Shown here piece by piece: positions 11,092 through 20,989 of a stretch of 64,000 nt of DNA; the first letter of the stretch is position 1, and each line of letters starts with the position of its first letter. A program made the translations under genes and the position numbers. The stretch lies in contig CAWCFX010000001.1 in NCBI GenBank assembly GCA_963795085.1, positions 960,001-1,024,000 on the forward strand, in the 5' to 3' direction. The notes beneath the pieces were generated by a model, which was not told where the DNA came from, made no database searches, and saw only the letters and a list, made by a program, of their open reading frames with translations. This DNA is from an uncultured Gemmatimonadales bacterium (GTDB taxonomy: Bacteria > Gemmatimonadota > Gemmatimonadetes > Gemmatimonadales > GWC2-71-9).

Positions 11092-11349
11092 ATGACTCCG
11101 ATCCGGCCCGCCGGTCTCCCGTTTCCGGCACCCCAGTCCGCTTCGCCTCTTGCCCGGCCTTCCGGGGCCCGGCCGGCCCCGGCGCCGGCTGCCGCCGCGG
11201 AACCGGCCGCATCCTTCATGGACGTGCTGACGCCGGAGGAGCGCGAGTTCTTCGCCCAGCTTTCGGCCATGGGGAGCCTGACCTACCGGCCCGGCTCGGC
11301 CGACACTCCCGCCGCCCCCACGGGGCAGCGGATCGACGTGAGGGCCTGA
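11092..11349 (+). CDS. Hypothetical 85-aa protein in flagellar operon
   Basis: AGGA RBS; fills the flgC-fliE gap; ends GQRIDVRA. Confidence 0.6.
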   Translation: MTPIRPAGLPFPAPQSASPLARPSGARPAPAPAAAAEPAASFMDVLTPEEREFFAQLSAMGSLTYRPGSADTPAAPTGQRIDVRA

Positions 11350-11352
11350 TCC

Positions 11353-11652
11353 ATGACCGCGCCCATCGGCGGAATTCCCCCGGTCGTCAGTCCCATTGAG
11401 CGGGCCAACGGCGGGATCGAACTGGGAACCGGAGACAGCTCGTTCGGCGATCTCTTTACCAAGGCGCTGAACGACACCTCCGCGCTGCAGGACGATGCGA
11501 AGGACATGATAGGCGCGTTTCTGCGCGGAGAGCCGGTCGAGTTGCACCAGGTCATGGCCGCGAGCGAGGAAGCCCAGATCTCGCTCGAGCTGCTGGTCGA
11601 GGTCCGCAACAAGCTGACCGATGCTTACCGCACCATCATGAACATTCAGTAG
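11353..11652 (+). CDS. fliE: FliE
   Basis: ELHQVMAA..EA..SLELLVEVRNKL..AY. Confidence 0.9.
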   Translation: MTAPIGGIPPVVSPIERANGGIELGTGDSSFGDLFTKALNDTSALQDDAKDMIGAFLRGEPVELHQVMAASEEAQISLELLVEVRNKLTDAYRTIMNIQ

Positions 11653-11664
11653 CGGAACTCACGC

Positions 11665-13125
11665 ATGAGCCAGCCGTCCCTGGTGGACAACGTACGCAGC
11701 GCTTCCGGTACCCGCCGCTTCCTCATCCTCGGCGGGGCGGTCCTGGCCATGATCACGATCTGGATGCTGGCCCGGTGGGCCTCGGCCCCGACCTACGTGA
11801 GCCTGTTTCGCAACCTGGAACTGGGGGAGGTGCCCACGGTCGAGTCGGCGCTTACCAAGGCCGGCATCACCCACCGGCTGGCCGAAGGCGGCACCACGGT
11901 GGAAGTGGATGCCGGCGAACTGGCCCGGGCCCGGGTGGCCATCGCCAGCAGCGGGCTGCCGTCCAACGGCCGGCCCGGCCTCGAGCTGTTCGATAAACCG
12001 TCCTGGGGCATGACCGATTTTACCCAGCGGGTCACCTACCAGCGGGCGCTCGAGGGCGAGCTCGCCCGCACCATCGGCGGCATCCAGGGGATCGAGCGGG
12101 CCCAGGTCCACCTGGTGCTTCCCACCAGCAGCCCGATCCGGCGGCTGGAGCGGGGCGCCGCGGCCTCGGTGGTGCTGACGCTCAACTCCAACGGGGTGAG
12201 CCCCGAGACGGTGCAGGGCATTACCTACATCGTCAGCAATAGCGTGGAGCAGCTGTCGGCCGACAACGTCGCGGTCATGGACGACCGGGGCCACGTGCTC
12301 ACGGTGCCCGGGACCGCGGGGTCCGCGACCGGCCTTACGACTCGCCAACTGGACGTGCAGTCCTCGGTAGAGCGGCGCCTCACCACCAAGATCGAAGACC
12401 TGCTGGCCACCGTGGTCGGCGCCGGCGGCGCCCGGGCCCAGGTGACGGCCCACCTGGACTTCAATCAGGTGGACCGCACCACGGAATCGTTCAATCCCGA
12501 TGGCCAGGTGCTGCAGACCGAGCAGCGCAGCGAGGGCGGCGATGACGGGACCATCCTGTCGCCCACCATCGTCAGCAACACCTACCAGAACTCTCGGCAG
12601 GTGGAAAAGGTCATCAGCTCGGTAGGCGGCATATCGCAGCTGAGCGTGGCGGTGCTGGTGGACCAGCGGTCGCTCGCGCCCCGCAACGGCGCGCCCGCTC
12701 CTCCCGGTATCGACAGCCTCGAACGGCTGGTGCGGAACGCGGTGGGCGCCGACAGCGCCCGGGGCGACCGGATCAGCGTCATGGCGGTCCCTTTCGAAAG
12801 CCCGCTGGCCCTGGCCGCCGGCGGTGACAGCGCCAGCCTGGTGGCGGCGGACGGCGCACCCGGTCCGGACCTGATGCAAATGGTCCAACGAGTGGGGCCC
12901 ACCGCCGTGGCGGTGCTGGCCATGCTGGGCATCATCCTCCTCGCCTGGAAAGCGCTCAAGGGAGCTCCGATGGTGGCCGCGACCGAGTCGCGCACCCTGG
13001 CGTTGAACCGTTCGGAGAGCCGGGCCGATCTTCCCGCCAGCACCGCGCCCCGGTTGGAGCCGGCCATGGCGGACCGGCCTGAGTCGGCCGCGCGAATCGT
13101 GCGCAGCTGGCTGGCGGAGTCCTGA
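11665..13125 (+). CDS. fliF: MS-ring protein FliF
   Basis: GLELFD, YQRALEGELARTI, AVGADSARGD; two TM segments. Confidence 0.9.
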   Translation: MSQPSLVDNVRSASGTRRFLILGGAVLAMITIWMLARWASAPTYVSLFRNLELGEVPTVESALTKAGITHRLAEGGTTVEVDAGELARARVAIASSGLPSNGRPGLELFDKPSWGMTDFTQRVTYQRALEGELARTIGGIQGIERAQVHLVLPTSSPIRRLERGAAASVVLTLNSNGVSPETVQGITYIVSNSVEQLSADNVAVMDDRGHVLTVPGTAGSATGLTTRQLDVQSSVERRLTTKIEDLLATVVGAGGARAQVTAHLDFNQVDRTTESFNPDGQVLQTEQRSEGGDDGTILSPTIVSNTYQNSRQVEKVISSVGGISQLSVAVLVDQRSLAPRNGAPAPPGIDSLERLVRNAVGADSARGDRISVMAVPFESPLALAAGGDSASLVAADGAPGPDLMQMVQRVGPTAVAVLAMLGIILLAWKALKGAPMVAATESRTLALNRSESRADLPASTAPRLEPAMADRPESAARIVRSWLAES

Positions 13126-13127
13126 GC

Positions 13128-14156
13128 ATGACTGCCATTCGCCCCCTTACCCGCGATTCCCTGAGCGGCGCCCAGCGGGGCGCCATCCTCTGCATGGCGC
13201 TGGGCCCCAAGGCCGCCGCCAGTATCCTCCAGCATCTCACCTCCGACGAGGTGGAGCAGATCACCCGGGAGATCGCCCAGTTGCCCAGCGTCAGCGCCGA
13301 CCTGGTGGAATCGGTCATGTCCGATTTCCAGGAGGACACGGTGGGGGTCGATGCATCAGCCCGGGGCGGCGTCTCCTATGCCCGCGAGATCCTGGAGCAG
13401 GCGCTGGGGCCCGGCAAGTCCAAGCCGGTCATGGAACGGATCGAAGGGCAGGTGGTGGACAGCGGCCTCAAGCGGCTCAAGCGGGCGGCGCCCGAGGTCC
13501 TGGTCGGCGTGCTCCGGGGCGAGCATCCCCAGACGATCGCGCTGATCATGGCCCACGTGGACAGCCGGCAGGCCGCCAGCGTGGTGCAGGCGATGGAGCC
13601 GGGGCTCGCGGCGGACGTGCTCTACCGGGTGGCCCGGATGGAAAAGATTTCAGCCGATATGCTCGCGCTGGTGGAAGCGGGCCTGGCCGGAAAAACCGAT
13701 CTCTCCCTCTCTCACGACATGGCGCTCTCCGGCGGCCCGGCCGCGGTGGCCAAGCTGCTGAACCTGACCGGGGGCACCCTGGAGAAGCAGTTGCTGGACG
13801 GGATCACCTCCCGCAGCACCGAGATCGGCAGCGAGATCAAGGCGTTGATGTTCACCTTCGAGGACCTGATGCAGCTGGACGGGCGGAGCATGCAGCGGCT
13901 GCTGCGCGACGTGGACTCCAAGGACCTGGCCCTGGCCCTCAAGGCCGCCAGCGACGAACTCAAGCGACACATCAAGACCAGCATGTCGGAGCGGGCGGCC
14001 GCGGCGCTGGACGAAGAGATCGAAATGCTGGGCGCCGTCCGGGTGCGCGACGTCGAAGCGGCCCACGCCGGGGTGATCGAAAAGGTGCGGGTGCTGGAGG
14101 AAGCCGGCGAGATCCTGGTCCGGAACCGGGGAGGCAATGATGAGATCATCAACTGA
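13128..14156 (+). CDS. fliG: Motor switch FliG
   Basis: EHPQTIAL, MFTFEDL, MSERAA. Confidence 0.95.
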   Translation: MTAIRPLTRDSLSGAQRGAILCMALGPKAAASILQHLTSDEVEQITREIAQLPSVSADLVESVMSDFQEDTVGVDASARGGVSYAREILEQALGPGKSKPVMERIEGQVVDSGLKRLKRAAPEVLVGVLRGEHPQTIALIMAHVDSRQAASVVQAMEPGLAADVLYRVARMEKISADMLALVEAGLAGKTDLSLSHDMALSGGPAAVAKLLNLTGGTLEKQLLDGITSRSTEIGSEIKALMFTFEDLMQLDGRSMQRLLRDVDSKDLALALKAASDELKRHIKTSMSERAAAALDEEIEMLGAVRVRDVEAAHAGVIEKVRVLEEAGEILVRNRGGNDEIIN

Positions 14157-14778
14157 CGCCTCCGGCTGGATCGCACTGGACCTGAGCGAGGTCCCGGTGA
14201 CCGCGGCGGCGCCCCACCCGGCTATCCCCGGGCTCGCGCTCCCGGAGCTTCCCGACCGGGTTCCTCCCGCCGAAGCCCGGCGGGAGGACGCCGGTGAGGC
14301 GGCGTACGAGCGCGGCTTTGCCGATGGCATGGACGCCGGGCTTCGCCGGGCCACCGAACAAATCCGCCCCCTGTCCCAGGCGCTGGAACACGTCGGCCGG
14401 GCCCTGGCGGCGAGCCAGGAAGATTTCGTGCTGGACCTCTCGCGCAACCTCTCCGCCCTGGCGATCGCGGTGGCCGAAAAAGTCATCCAGCGGGAAATCA
14501 CCGCGGACCCCGGGATCGTGGCGGAGCTGGTAGAGCGGGCGATCGCCCTGCTTCCCCAGGATACCGTGTTCACCATCCGGCTCAATCCCCATGACCTGGA
14601 GCGGCTGGGCCACTCTGCGGTTCGCCAGGAGAACGCGCGCGGCGTGTCCATGGCGTGGATCGCGGATCCTAACCTCGAGCCGGGAAGTTTTCTCCTGCAG
14701 ACACCGGCCCGCCTGGTGGATGGCCGGACCGACGTATCGCTCCGTATGCTCTATGACCGGCTGGCGTACGATGAGTAG
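14137..14778 (+). CDS. fliH: FliH
   Basis: YERGFADGMDAG GxxxG run, IRLNPHDL; between fliG and fliI. Confidence 0.8.
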   Translation: MMRSSTDASGWIALDLSEVPVTAAAPHPAIPGLALPELPDRVPPAEARREDAGEAAYERGFADGMDAGLRRATEQIRPLSQALEHVGRALAASQEDFVLDLSRNLSALAIAVAEKVIQREITADPGIVAELVERAIALLPQDTVFTIRLNPHDLERLGHSAVRQENARGVSMAWIADPNLEPGSFLLQTPARLVDGRTDVSLRMLYDRLAYDE

Positions 14779-16120
14779 CGCCGCGACCACGCCGGTCCTG
14801 GACCGGGCGCTCGACCGGGTCGGCGCGCTGCCCCGGTTCGTCGTCTATGGCCGGGTCACCCGGGTCATCGGCCAGGTGGTGGAGGTTTCCTCTATGCCGG
14901 TCGCCGTGGGCGAGGTCTGCCGGATCGCGCCCGACGATCACGCCGGGATCATCGCGCAGGTGGTCGGATTCCACGAGGGCGGCGTGATGCTGATGCCGCT
15001 GGGCGATCTCCAGGGCGTGCATCCCGGCGCCATGGTCATCCCCATGGGGCGGGCGCTCTACGCCGAAGTCGGCGAGGGACTGATCGGCCGGGTGCTGGAC
15101 GGGCTGGGTCACCCGATCGACGGCCGGGGCCCGGTAGGGGCGACCCGCCGCTGCCCGCTCACCGCGGAGCCGCCCAACCCGCTGGAGCGGGCCCGGATTA
15201 CCACGCCCCTGGGGACCGGCGTGCGCGCCATCGACGGGCTGATCACCCTCGGCCTGGGGCAGCGTATCGGCATCATGGCCGGCAGCGGGGTCGGCAAGAG
15301 CGTGCTCATGGGCATGGTCGCCCGGAATTCCACCGCCGACATCAACGTCATCGCCCTGGTGGGCGAGCGGGGCCGCGAGGTCCGCGATTTCATTGAGCGG
15401 GACCTGGGACCGGAGGGTCTCCGGCGCTCGGTCATGGTGGTGGCCACCAGCGACCAGGCGGCGGTGGTGCGGGCCACCTGCGCGCTGGTCGCTACCGCCA
15501 TCGCAGAGTATTTCCGGGGCAACGGACGCAACGTGCTGCTCATGATGGATTCGGTGACCCGGGCGGCCATGGCCTGGCGCGAGATCGGCCTGGCGGTGGG
15601 CGAACCGCCCACCACGAAAGGCTATCCGCCGTCGGTGTTCGCCATGCTGCCCCGCCTGCTGGAGCGGGCCGGCACCGCCCGGCAGGGGAGTATTACCGGC
15701 CTGTATACCGTGCTGGTCGAAGGCGACGACTTCAACGAGCCGGTGGCGGACGCCACCCGCTCGATCCTGGACGGGCACATCGTGCTCAGCCGCAAACTGG
15801 CGGCCGCCAAGCATTTCCCGGCGATTGACGTGCTGGAAAGCGTCAGCCGGGTGCGCGACGACGTGGTGCCCCGCGACCAACTGACCGCCGCGAACGGGTT
15901 TCTCCAGCTGGAGGCCGCCTACCGGGCCCAGGAGGACCTGATCGCGGTGGGCGCCTACAAGAGCGGGACCGACCGGCAGGTAGATACCGCGCTGGCCATG
16001 CGCGCGGAGTGCCAGGCGTTTCTGCGGCAGGATTCGACAGAACATTCCAGCCTGACCGATACCAGGAGCCAATTGCTGGCCCTGGCCGGCCAGGCGCAGA
16101 CACGCCAAGGAGCGCGGTGA
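14771..16120 (+). CDS. fliI: Export ATPase FliI
   Basis: AGSGVGKS Walker A, GERGREV, GEPPTTKGYPPS, DGHIVLSR. Confidence 0.95.
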   Translation: MSSAATTPVLDRALDRVGALPRFVVYGRVTRVIGQVVEVSSMPVAVGEVCRIAPDDHAGIIAQVVGFHEGGVMLMPLGDLQGVHPGAMVIPMGRALYAEVGEGLIGRVLDGLGHPIDGRGPVGATRRCPLTAEPPNPLERARITTPLGTGVRAIDGLITLGLGQRIGIMAGSGVGKSVLMGMVARNSTADINVIALVGERGREVRDFIERDLGPEGLRRSVMVVATSDQAAVVRATCALVATAIAEYFRGNGRNVLLMMDSVTRAAMAWREIGLAVGEPPTTKGYPPSVFAMLPRLLERAGTARQGSITGLYTVLVEGDDFNEPVADATRSILDGHIVLSRKLAAAKHFPAIDVLESVSRVRDDVVPRDQLTAANGFLQLEAAYRAQEDLIAVGAYKSGTDRQVDTALAMRAECQAFLRQDSTEHSSLTDTRSQLLALAGQAQTRQGAR

Positions 16121-16566
16121 TGGGATTTGTATTCCGGCTGGAACGGCTGCTCAGCCTTCGGGAGCGGGAAGAGAAGACCCGGGCCGGCGACCTGGCGCAG
16201 GCGCTGCAGGCCGAGGTGCAGTTGCGCCAGGCGCTGGAGGCGGCCACCGAACGGCTCTCCCGGGCCAGCCAGGAGATGGGCCGCCGCACCGGCCGGGTGA
16301 CGCCGGTCGGCACCCTGCGGAACCTGGCGCTGACGGTCGAGGCCGCCGCCCGCAACGTGGATGAGGCGGAAGTGTCCCATCACCAGGCCGTCGCCGGCCG
16401 GGAAGCGGAACAGGAGCGATTCGTCGCCGCCCGGAAGGACCGGAGGGCGGTGGAGCGGCTGCGCGAGATCCGCAGCGAAGTCTGGCACCATGAGGCTGGG
16501 CGCAAGGAGCAGCACGAGACGGACGAAATTGCCGGCCAGCGGCACCGGAGGCGGGAGACGAAATGA
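16120..16566 (+). CDS. fliJ: FliJ
   Basis: FVFRLERLLSLRE start, coiled coil, EQHETDE; coupled to fliI. Confidence 0.8.
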   Translation: MGFVFRLERLLSLREREEKTRAGDLAQALQAEVQLRQALEAATERLSRASQEMGRRTGRVTPVGTLRNLALTVEAAARNVDEAEVSHHQAVAGREAEQERFVAARKDRRAVERLREIRSEVWHHEAGRKEQHETDEIAGQRHRRRETK

Positions 16567-17123
16567 TCAAGCTCATCCTGGCGGGTGCCATCGTTTTCGC
16601 GGTGGCCATGGGCGGCGCGACCGGGTTCGTCATCTGGCGGACCCCGGCCCCGGCCGCGCTGGACAGTACCGCGCATGATGCCGGGGCGGACTCCACGGCT
16701 CTGGGCACCGGCGCGGCCCACCCAACGACGCCTGCCGTTGATTCCGGCCCGGCGCCCACGGCGGTGGCCGATTCCCATTCGGCTCCGGCCGTCAGCGGGC
16801 CCGCAGCGGCGGACCCCGGATCGGTCCATGCTGTGGCACCCACGCCGACGGTGACTCCTCCGATGCCCCGGCTCACGGCCATCGTGCAGCCCACCCAGGC
16901 CGACAGCCAGAAAGCGCTGCAGCAGCTGGCCCGCATCTTCACTTCGATGAAGCCGGCGGAAGCGGCCAAGATCATGGCGTTTCTCTCTGATTCCCAGGTG
17001 GAGGGCCTGCTCCGCCAGCTGGGCGTGCGCCAGGCGGCGCAGTTGCTCACCGAGCTTCCGACCGAGCGCGCCGCGGTGCTGAGCCGCCGGCTGCTCGACA
17101 CCCAGACCGTGGGGGCACGATGA
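16563..17123 (+). CDS. MotE/MgtE-N-like flagellar membrane protein
   Basis: N-terminal TM; LARIFTSMKPAEAAKIM...QAAQLL motif; after fliJ. Confidence 0.7.
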   Translation: MIKLILAGAIVFAVAMGGATGFVIWRTPAPAALDSTAHDAGADSTALGTGAAHPTTPAVDSGPAPTAVADSHSAPAVSGPAAADPGSVHAVAPTPTVTPPMPRLTAIVQPTQADSQKALQQLARIFTSMKPAEAAKIMAFLSDSQVEGLLRQLGVRQAAQLLTELPTERAAVLSRRLLDTQTVGAR

Positions 17124-18229
17124 ACCCCGGGATGGTGACGGCAACGCCGGCCGCCCCGCAGGCTCGGAGGGCGGACCGCCGCCGGGAGGGCGAGGACGCG
17201 GCCCAGTTCGCGGAGGCGATGGCGCACGCGGTGACCGCGCCGATGGCTTCCGGAACGAAACCGGCGGACGAGGCCTCGAAATCGGCACCATCGGCCGTCG
17301 CGGCGAAGCCGGCCGCCGATGGAAAGGAGCCGGAACCAGCCACTGGCCCCGATAGCCTGAAGGGAAGGGAGACCAAGGAATCCGGCGAGCGCCGGGGCCT
17401 GGCCCAGCGGGAACCGGGAGGCGAAGCTCCGCCGGCGGGAGAACCGCGATCCGAGGCCGAGAATACCGTGACCGAGCCCGCCCGGGGAGCCGCGGGGCGG
17501 GTCCAGTTGCCGGCCGGAATGATTGCCCAGGAGGTTGTGCTGCCGCTGGCGGCCGCAAAGGGAAATGCAGCCACCCAACCGACACTGGAGCCAGCCGGCG
17601 GACCGGCCGCGGCGCCCGCCGCCGTCGCGGCGGCGGGCGGGAGCCAGCCGGAGTCGGCGGCCGAAGAGCAGGGGCAGCAGGACCGGCCGCAGCCCGACCG
17701 CCCCCAGCCGGAAGGAGTGGCCGGCAGGACCGCGGGGGACAGTGCATCAATCCCAGCCGCCCGGTTCGATGCGGGGCCGATGCCGGGCCGGGCCGCCGGC
17801 CTCGACGTGAGGGAGGGATCCGCTCTTCCGCTCCGGGCCCCAGCGCCGGCGTCGCCCGTGGTTTCCCGGCCGCCGGTGACGGAAGTCGCGCTGCAGCTGC
17901 AGGGGGAACTGGGTGTCGAAGGCCGGCTTCGCGTGGCGCTCCGGGGGGATACTCTCCGCGTCATCATCCACGCGACCGATCCCCGGGCCGCGCTCCAGTT
18001 GGGCGCGCGGATGGAGGAGCTGCAGCGGAACCTCGCGGTGCGCGGTTTCTCGGAAACCCGGATTGAAATCCACCATACGGGCGGGCAGGGCACCCGGACC
18101 GGCGAAGGCGGCGAGGAGACTCACCGGGAACGGTCCGGCGAGCAGGATCCGCGTCACCCGCGGCAGGACCCCCACAAGCAGCGTGACGACGCCCGCCGCC
18201 GCGCATTCCTCGACGATTTCTGGAGGTAG
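17120..18229 (+). CDS. fliK: Hook-length control protein FliK
   Basis: Pro/Ala-rich low complexity with C-terminal FliK-like domain; directly before flgD. Confidence 0.6.
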   Translation: MNPGMVTATPAAPQARRADRRREGEDAAQFAEAMAHAVTAPMASGTKPADEASKSAPSAVAAKPAADGKEPEPATGPDSLKGRETKESGERRGLAQREPGGEAPPAGEPRSEAENTVTEPARGAAGRVQLPAGMIAQEVVLPLAAAKGNAATQPTLEPAGGPAAAPAAVAAAGGSQPESAAEEQGQQDRPQPDRPQPEGVAGRTAGDSASIPAARFDAGPMPGRAAGLDVREGSALPLRAPAPASPVVSRPPVTEVALQLQGELGVEGRLRVALRGDTLRVIIHATDPRAALQLGARMEELQRNLAVRGFSETRIEIHHTGGQGTRTGEGGEETHRERSGEQDPRHPRQDPHKQRDDARRRAFLDDFWR

Positions 18230-18233
18230 CACG

Positions 18234-18884
18234 ATGATTTCTTCCATCAACGGCATCGGCTTCGGCGGGACCGCCACGCCGGTTCGCAAGACGGAAATGG
18301 ACCGCGATGCGTTCCTGACCCTGCTGGTTGCCCAGCTCAAGCACCAGGATCCCACCAGCCCGCTGCAGCCCCACGAGTTCGCCGCGCAGCTGGCCCAGTT
18401 TTCGTCGGTCGAGCAATTGACCGAGCTCAACGCCCGGTTCGAGGCCCAGGCGCAGGCCACCCAGCTCTCCACGCTGGTGGGGCAGACCTCGCTCAGCGCG
18501 GCGCTGATCGGCCGGGTGGTCGTGGCCGAAGGCAACCAGGTGAGCATCCCGTCGGGAGGCGCCGGCGAAATCCGGGTGGACATCGGGGGAACCGGCGGCG
18601 TAGCCAGATTGCGGCTGCTCGATGCCAAGGGCCAGGCCGTGGCCGAGCGGGACCTGGGCCAGCTGCCCCCCGGCAGCCAGACCCTGATGCTGCCGGCCGA
18701 CCTCCCGCCCGGCGACTATCACTACGCGCTCGAAGTTACCGGGCCGAACAGCTCGGTGGTCCCGGTGACAACCTATACCACGGGCACGGTGAGCGGCGTG
18801 TCGTTCCAGAACGGGCAGATCATGCTCCGGCTGGGCGGCATTGAAGTGACGCTGGAATCCCTGGCCGCGATCGAGCCGGCCTGA
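18234..18884 (+). CDS. flgD: Hook cap FlgD
   Basis: FLTLLVAQLKHQDPTSP, QLAQFSSVEQL. Confidence 0.9.
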   Translation: MISSINGIGFGGTATPVRKTEMDRDAFLTLLVAQLKHQDPTSPLQPHEFAAQLAQFSSVEQLTELNARFEAQAQATQLSTLVGQTSLSAALIGRVVVAEGNQVSIPSGGAGEIRVDIGGTGGVARLRLLDAKGQAVAERDLGQLPPGSQTLMLPADLPPGDYHYALEVTGPNSSVVPVTTYTTGTVSGVSFQNGQIMLRLGGIEVTLESLAAIEPA

Positions 18885-18937
18885 ACGAAACCCCCGCGGC
18901 ATCGTGACGCCGCCAACTTGAACCAGGAGTCTGCCGT

Positions 18938-20179
18938 ATGATGCGCGCGCTTTTCGCTGGGGTGTCCGGGCTGCGGAGCCACCAGACCAAGATGGACGTG
19001 ATCGGCAACAATATCGCCAATGTGAATACCGTCGGCTTCAAGGCCTCGCGGGTGACCTTCAAGGAGGCCTTCGTGCAGCTGATCCGCGGGGCGTCCCGGC
19101 CGGGGACGCTGGGCGGGACCAACCCGGTGCAGATCGGTACCGGCGTGAACGTCGGCAGCATTGACCAGCTGTTTACCCAGGGCAGCCTGGAGACGACCGG
19201 CCTGCCGCTCGACATGGCGATCCAGGGTAACAGCCTGTTCGTGTTGAGCGACGGTGGACGCCAGCTCTACAGCCGGGCCGGGGACTTCCGGCTGGACGCC
19301 TCGGGCCGTTTGACCTCCGGGTCCGGGCTGGCGGTGCAGGGGATCAACGCCGACGCCCAGGGCAACTTTTCGTCCTCGTCCAGTATCGGCGATATCGTTA
19401 TCCGCACCGATCAGCGGTCTCCCGCTCAGCAGACCAGCCAGCTCACCCTGGCCGGCAACCTGGACACGGGCGCGGCGGTCGGCGATACCCACTCCATGAG
19501 CATTACCGCCTACGACAGCGCCGGCGCTCGCCATGACCTCCAGCTGGTCTTCACCAACACCGGTCCCGGCACCTGGGACTGGAACGCGACCAGCGCGACC
19601 GGCGCGGTGACCCCGGCGACGCCCGGCACCGTGGCCTTCAATCCCAACGGCAGCCTGGCTTCCTTTACCCATCCGGGCGGCGCCAACTTCACCTTCACGC
19701 CAACCGGCGGTACGGCCATCGCGATGACCGTCAACTCCGGCACCGTCGCCGGCTTCGATGGGCTGACCGGCTTTGCCAACCCGTCCAACGCGGTCGTCAA
19801 CAGCCAGAACGGCTACGCCTCGGGCGACCTCACCAACATCAGCGTGGATTCGACCGGGATGATCACCGGCTACTTCTCCAACGGCGTGAGCCGGAGCCTG
19901 TCCCAGGTCGCGCTGGCCACCTTCAACAACCCGGCCGGCCTGCTCAGCTCGGGCGACGGAGCCTTCCTCGAATCGCCCAATTCGGGCCTGGCCGTCATCG
20001 GCTTCGCCGGGACGACCAATCCCTCGAGTATCACGGCGGGCGCGCTGGAATCGTCCAACGTGGACATCTCCCAGGAGTTCACCAACATGATCATCGCCCA
20101 GCGGGGTTTCCAGGCCAACGCGCGGGTGATTTCCACCGCCGACGACATGCTCCAGGAGCTGGTGAATATCCGTCGTTAA
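18938..20179 (+). CDS. flgE: Hook protein FlgE
   Basis: VIGNNIANVNTVGFK, LESSNVDISQEF, QRGFQANAR. Confidence 0.95.
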   Translation: MMRALFAGVSGLRSHQTKMDVIGNNIANVNTVGFKASRVTFKEAFVQLIRGASRPGTLGGTNPVQIGTGVNVGSIDQLFTQGSLETTGLPLDMAIQGNSLFVLSDGGRQLYSRAGDFRLDASGRLTSGSGLAVQGINADAQGNFSSSSSIGDIVIRTDQRSPAQQTSQLTLAGNLDTGAAVGDTHSMSITAYDSAGARHDLQLVFTNTGPGTWDWNATSATGAVTPATPGTVAFNPNGSLASFTHPGGANFTFTPTGGTAIAMTVNSGTVAGFDGLTGFANPSNAVVNSQNGYASGDLTNISVDSTGMITGYFSNGVSRSLSQVALATFNNPAGLLSSGDGAFLESPNSGLAVIGFAGTTNPSSITAGALESSNVDISQEFTNMIIAQRGFQANARVISTADDMLQELVNIRR

Positions 20180-20218
20180 CCCCTGATGGGCCGGGCCGGG
20201 AGCAGCACTCCCCGGCCC

Positions 20219-20251
20219 GGCAGCTTTTTCCCTCCTTCGGAAGAGTCTTCC
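20219..20251. promoter_or_regulatory. Paired enhancer-like sites upstream of fliL
   Basis: GGCAgctttTTCC and GGAAgagtcTTCC, 20 bp apart. Confidence 0.5.
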
Positions 20252-20407
20252 GCCCGGAGGCGGCTCGCCCGTTCACCCCGGGCCCGGGCGGGCGCAGGAA
20301 ACGGTGCGCCGCCACGTAGTTCATTCCCCTGTAACCCCATTGTTCCGCGATAGTTAGCGGCTCCTCCCCTGCGGCTGGCCCACTTCGTTCTCCGCTTTCG
20401 CCCCATC

Positions 20408-20422
20408 TGGTATGCCGGTTGC
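20408..20422 (+). promoter_or_regulatory. sigma54 promoter of fliL operon
   Basis: TGGTATGCCGGTTGC (GG-N10-GC). Confidence 0.75.
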
Positions 20423-20480
20423 TTTTCCTATCCCCGGAACGATGTGAGCAGGTCCTTTTTTTCCTCCTCGAATCCGGCGC

Positions 20481-20987
20481 ATGAGCGAAGCCCCAGCACC
20501 AACCGATACCCCGGCCGCCCCAGCCAAAAAGTCCCGCGGGATGCTCTATGGCATCCTGGGCGGGGCCGGCGTTCTCGGCGCCCTTGGCGGGTTCTTCCTG
20601 ATCGGTCCCCGGGTGGCCGGGGGGCACGCAGCCCCGGCCGACACCGCGGCCGCCGAGGCGGACGGCGGCGAGCATGAGACCGGGAAGGGCAAGATGGTCC
20701 GGCTCGACAACGTGATCGTGAATCCGGCCGGGTCGCAGGGGATGCGGTTCCTGATGATCTCGGTGGCCCTGGAGGTGACCGACCCCAAGGTGGAGAGCCA
20801 CCTGCGGGAGCGGGACGTGGAGCTGCGCGACGCGCTGATCACCATCCTGAGCGGCATGAGCATGGAGGTGTTGAGCGCGCCGGCGGGCCGTGACTCGGTC
20901 AAGCAGCGGATCGGGACAGCCGCGCAGGCCGTGGTGGGCCATCCCGCCCGGATCCGGGTGTTCCTCCCCCAGTTCGTGATCCAGTAA
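20481..20987 (+). CDS. fliL: FliL
   Basis: N-terminal TM, VIVNP, LRDALITILS, FLPQFVIQ. Confidence 0.85.
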   Translation: MSEAPAPTDTPAAPAKKSRGMLYGILGGAGVLGALGGFFLIGPRVAGGHAAPADTAAAEADGGEHETGKGKMVRLDNVIVNPAGSQGMRFLMISVALEVTDPKVESHLRERDVELRDALITILSGMSMEVLSAPAGRDSVKQRIGTAAQAVVGHPARIRVFLPQFVIQ

Positions 20988-20989
20988 CC

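Noticed and set aside
18897..18911. sigma54 promoter before flgE
   Set aside because: GGCATCGTGACGC has GG-N9-GC spacing, not N10
20335..20360. IHF site between enhancer and fliL promoter
   Set aside because: TAAccccATTGTT is only a loose match to the IHF consensus, and no consistent site was found at the other promoters
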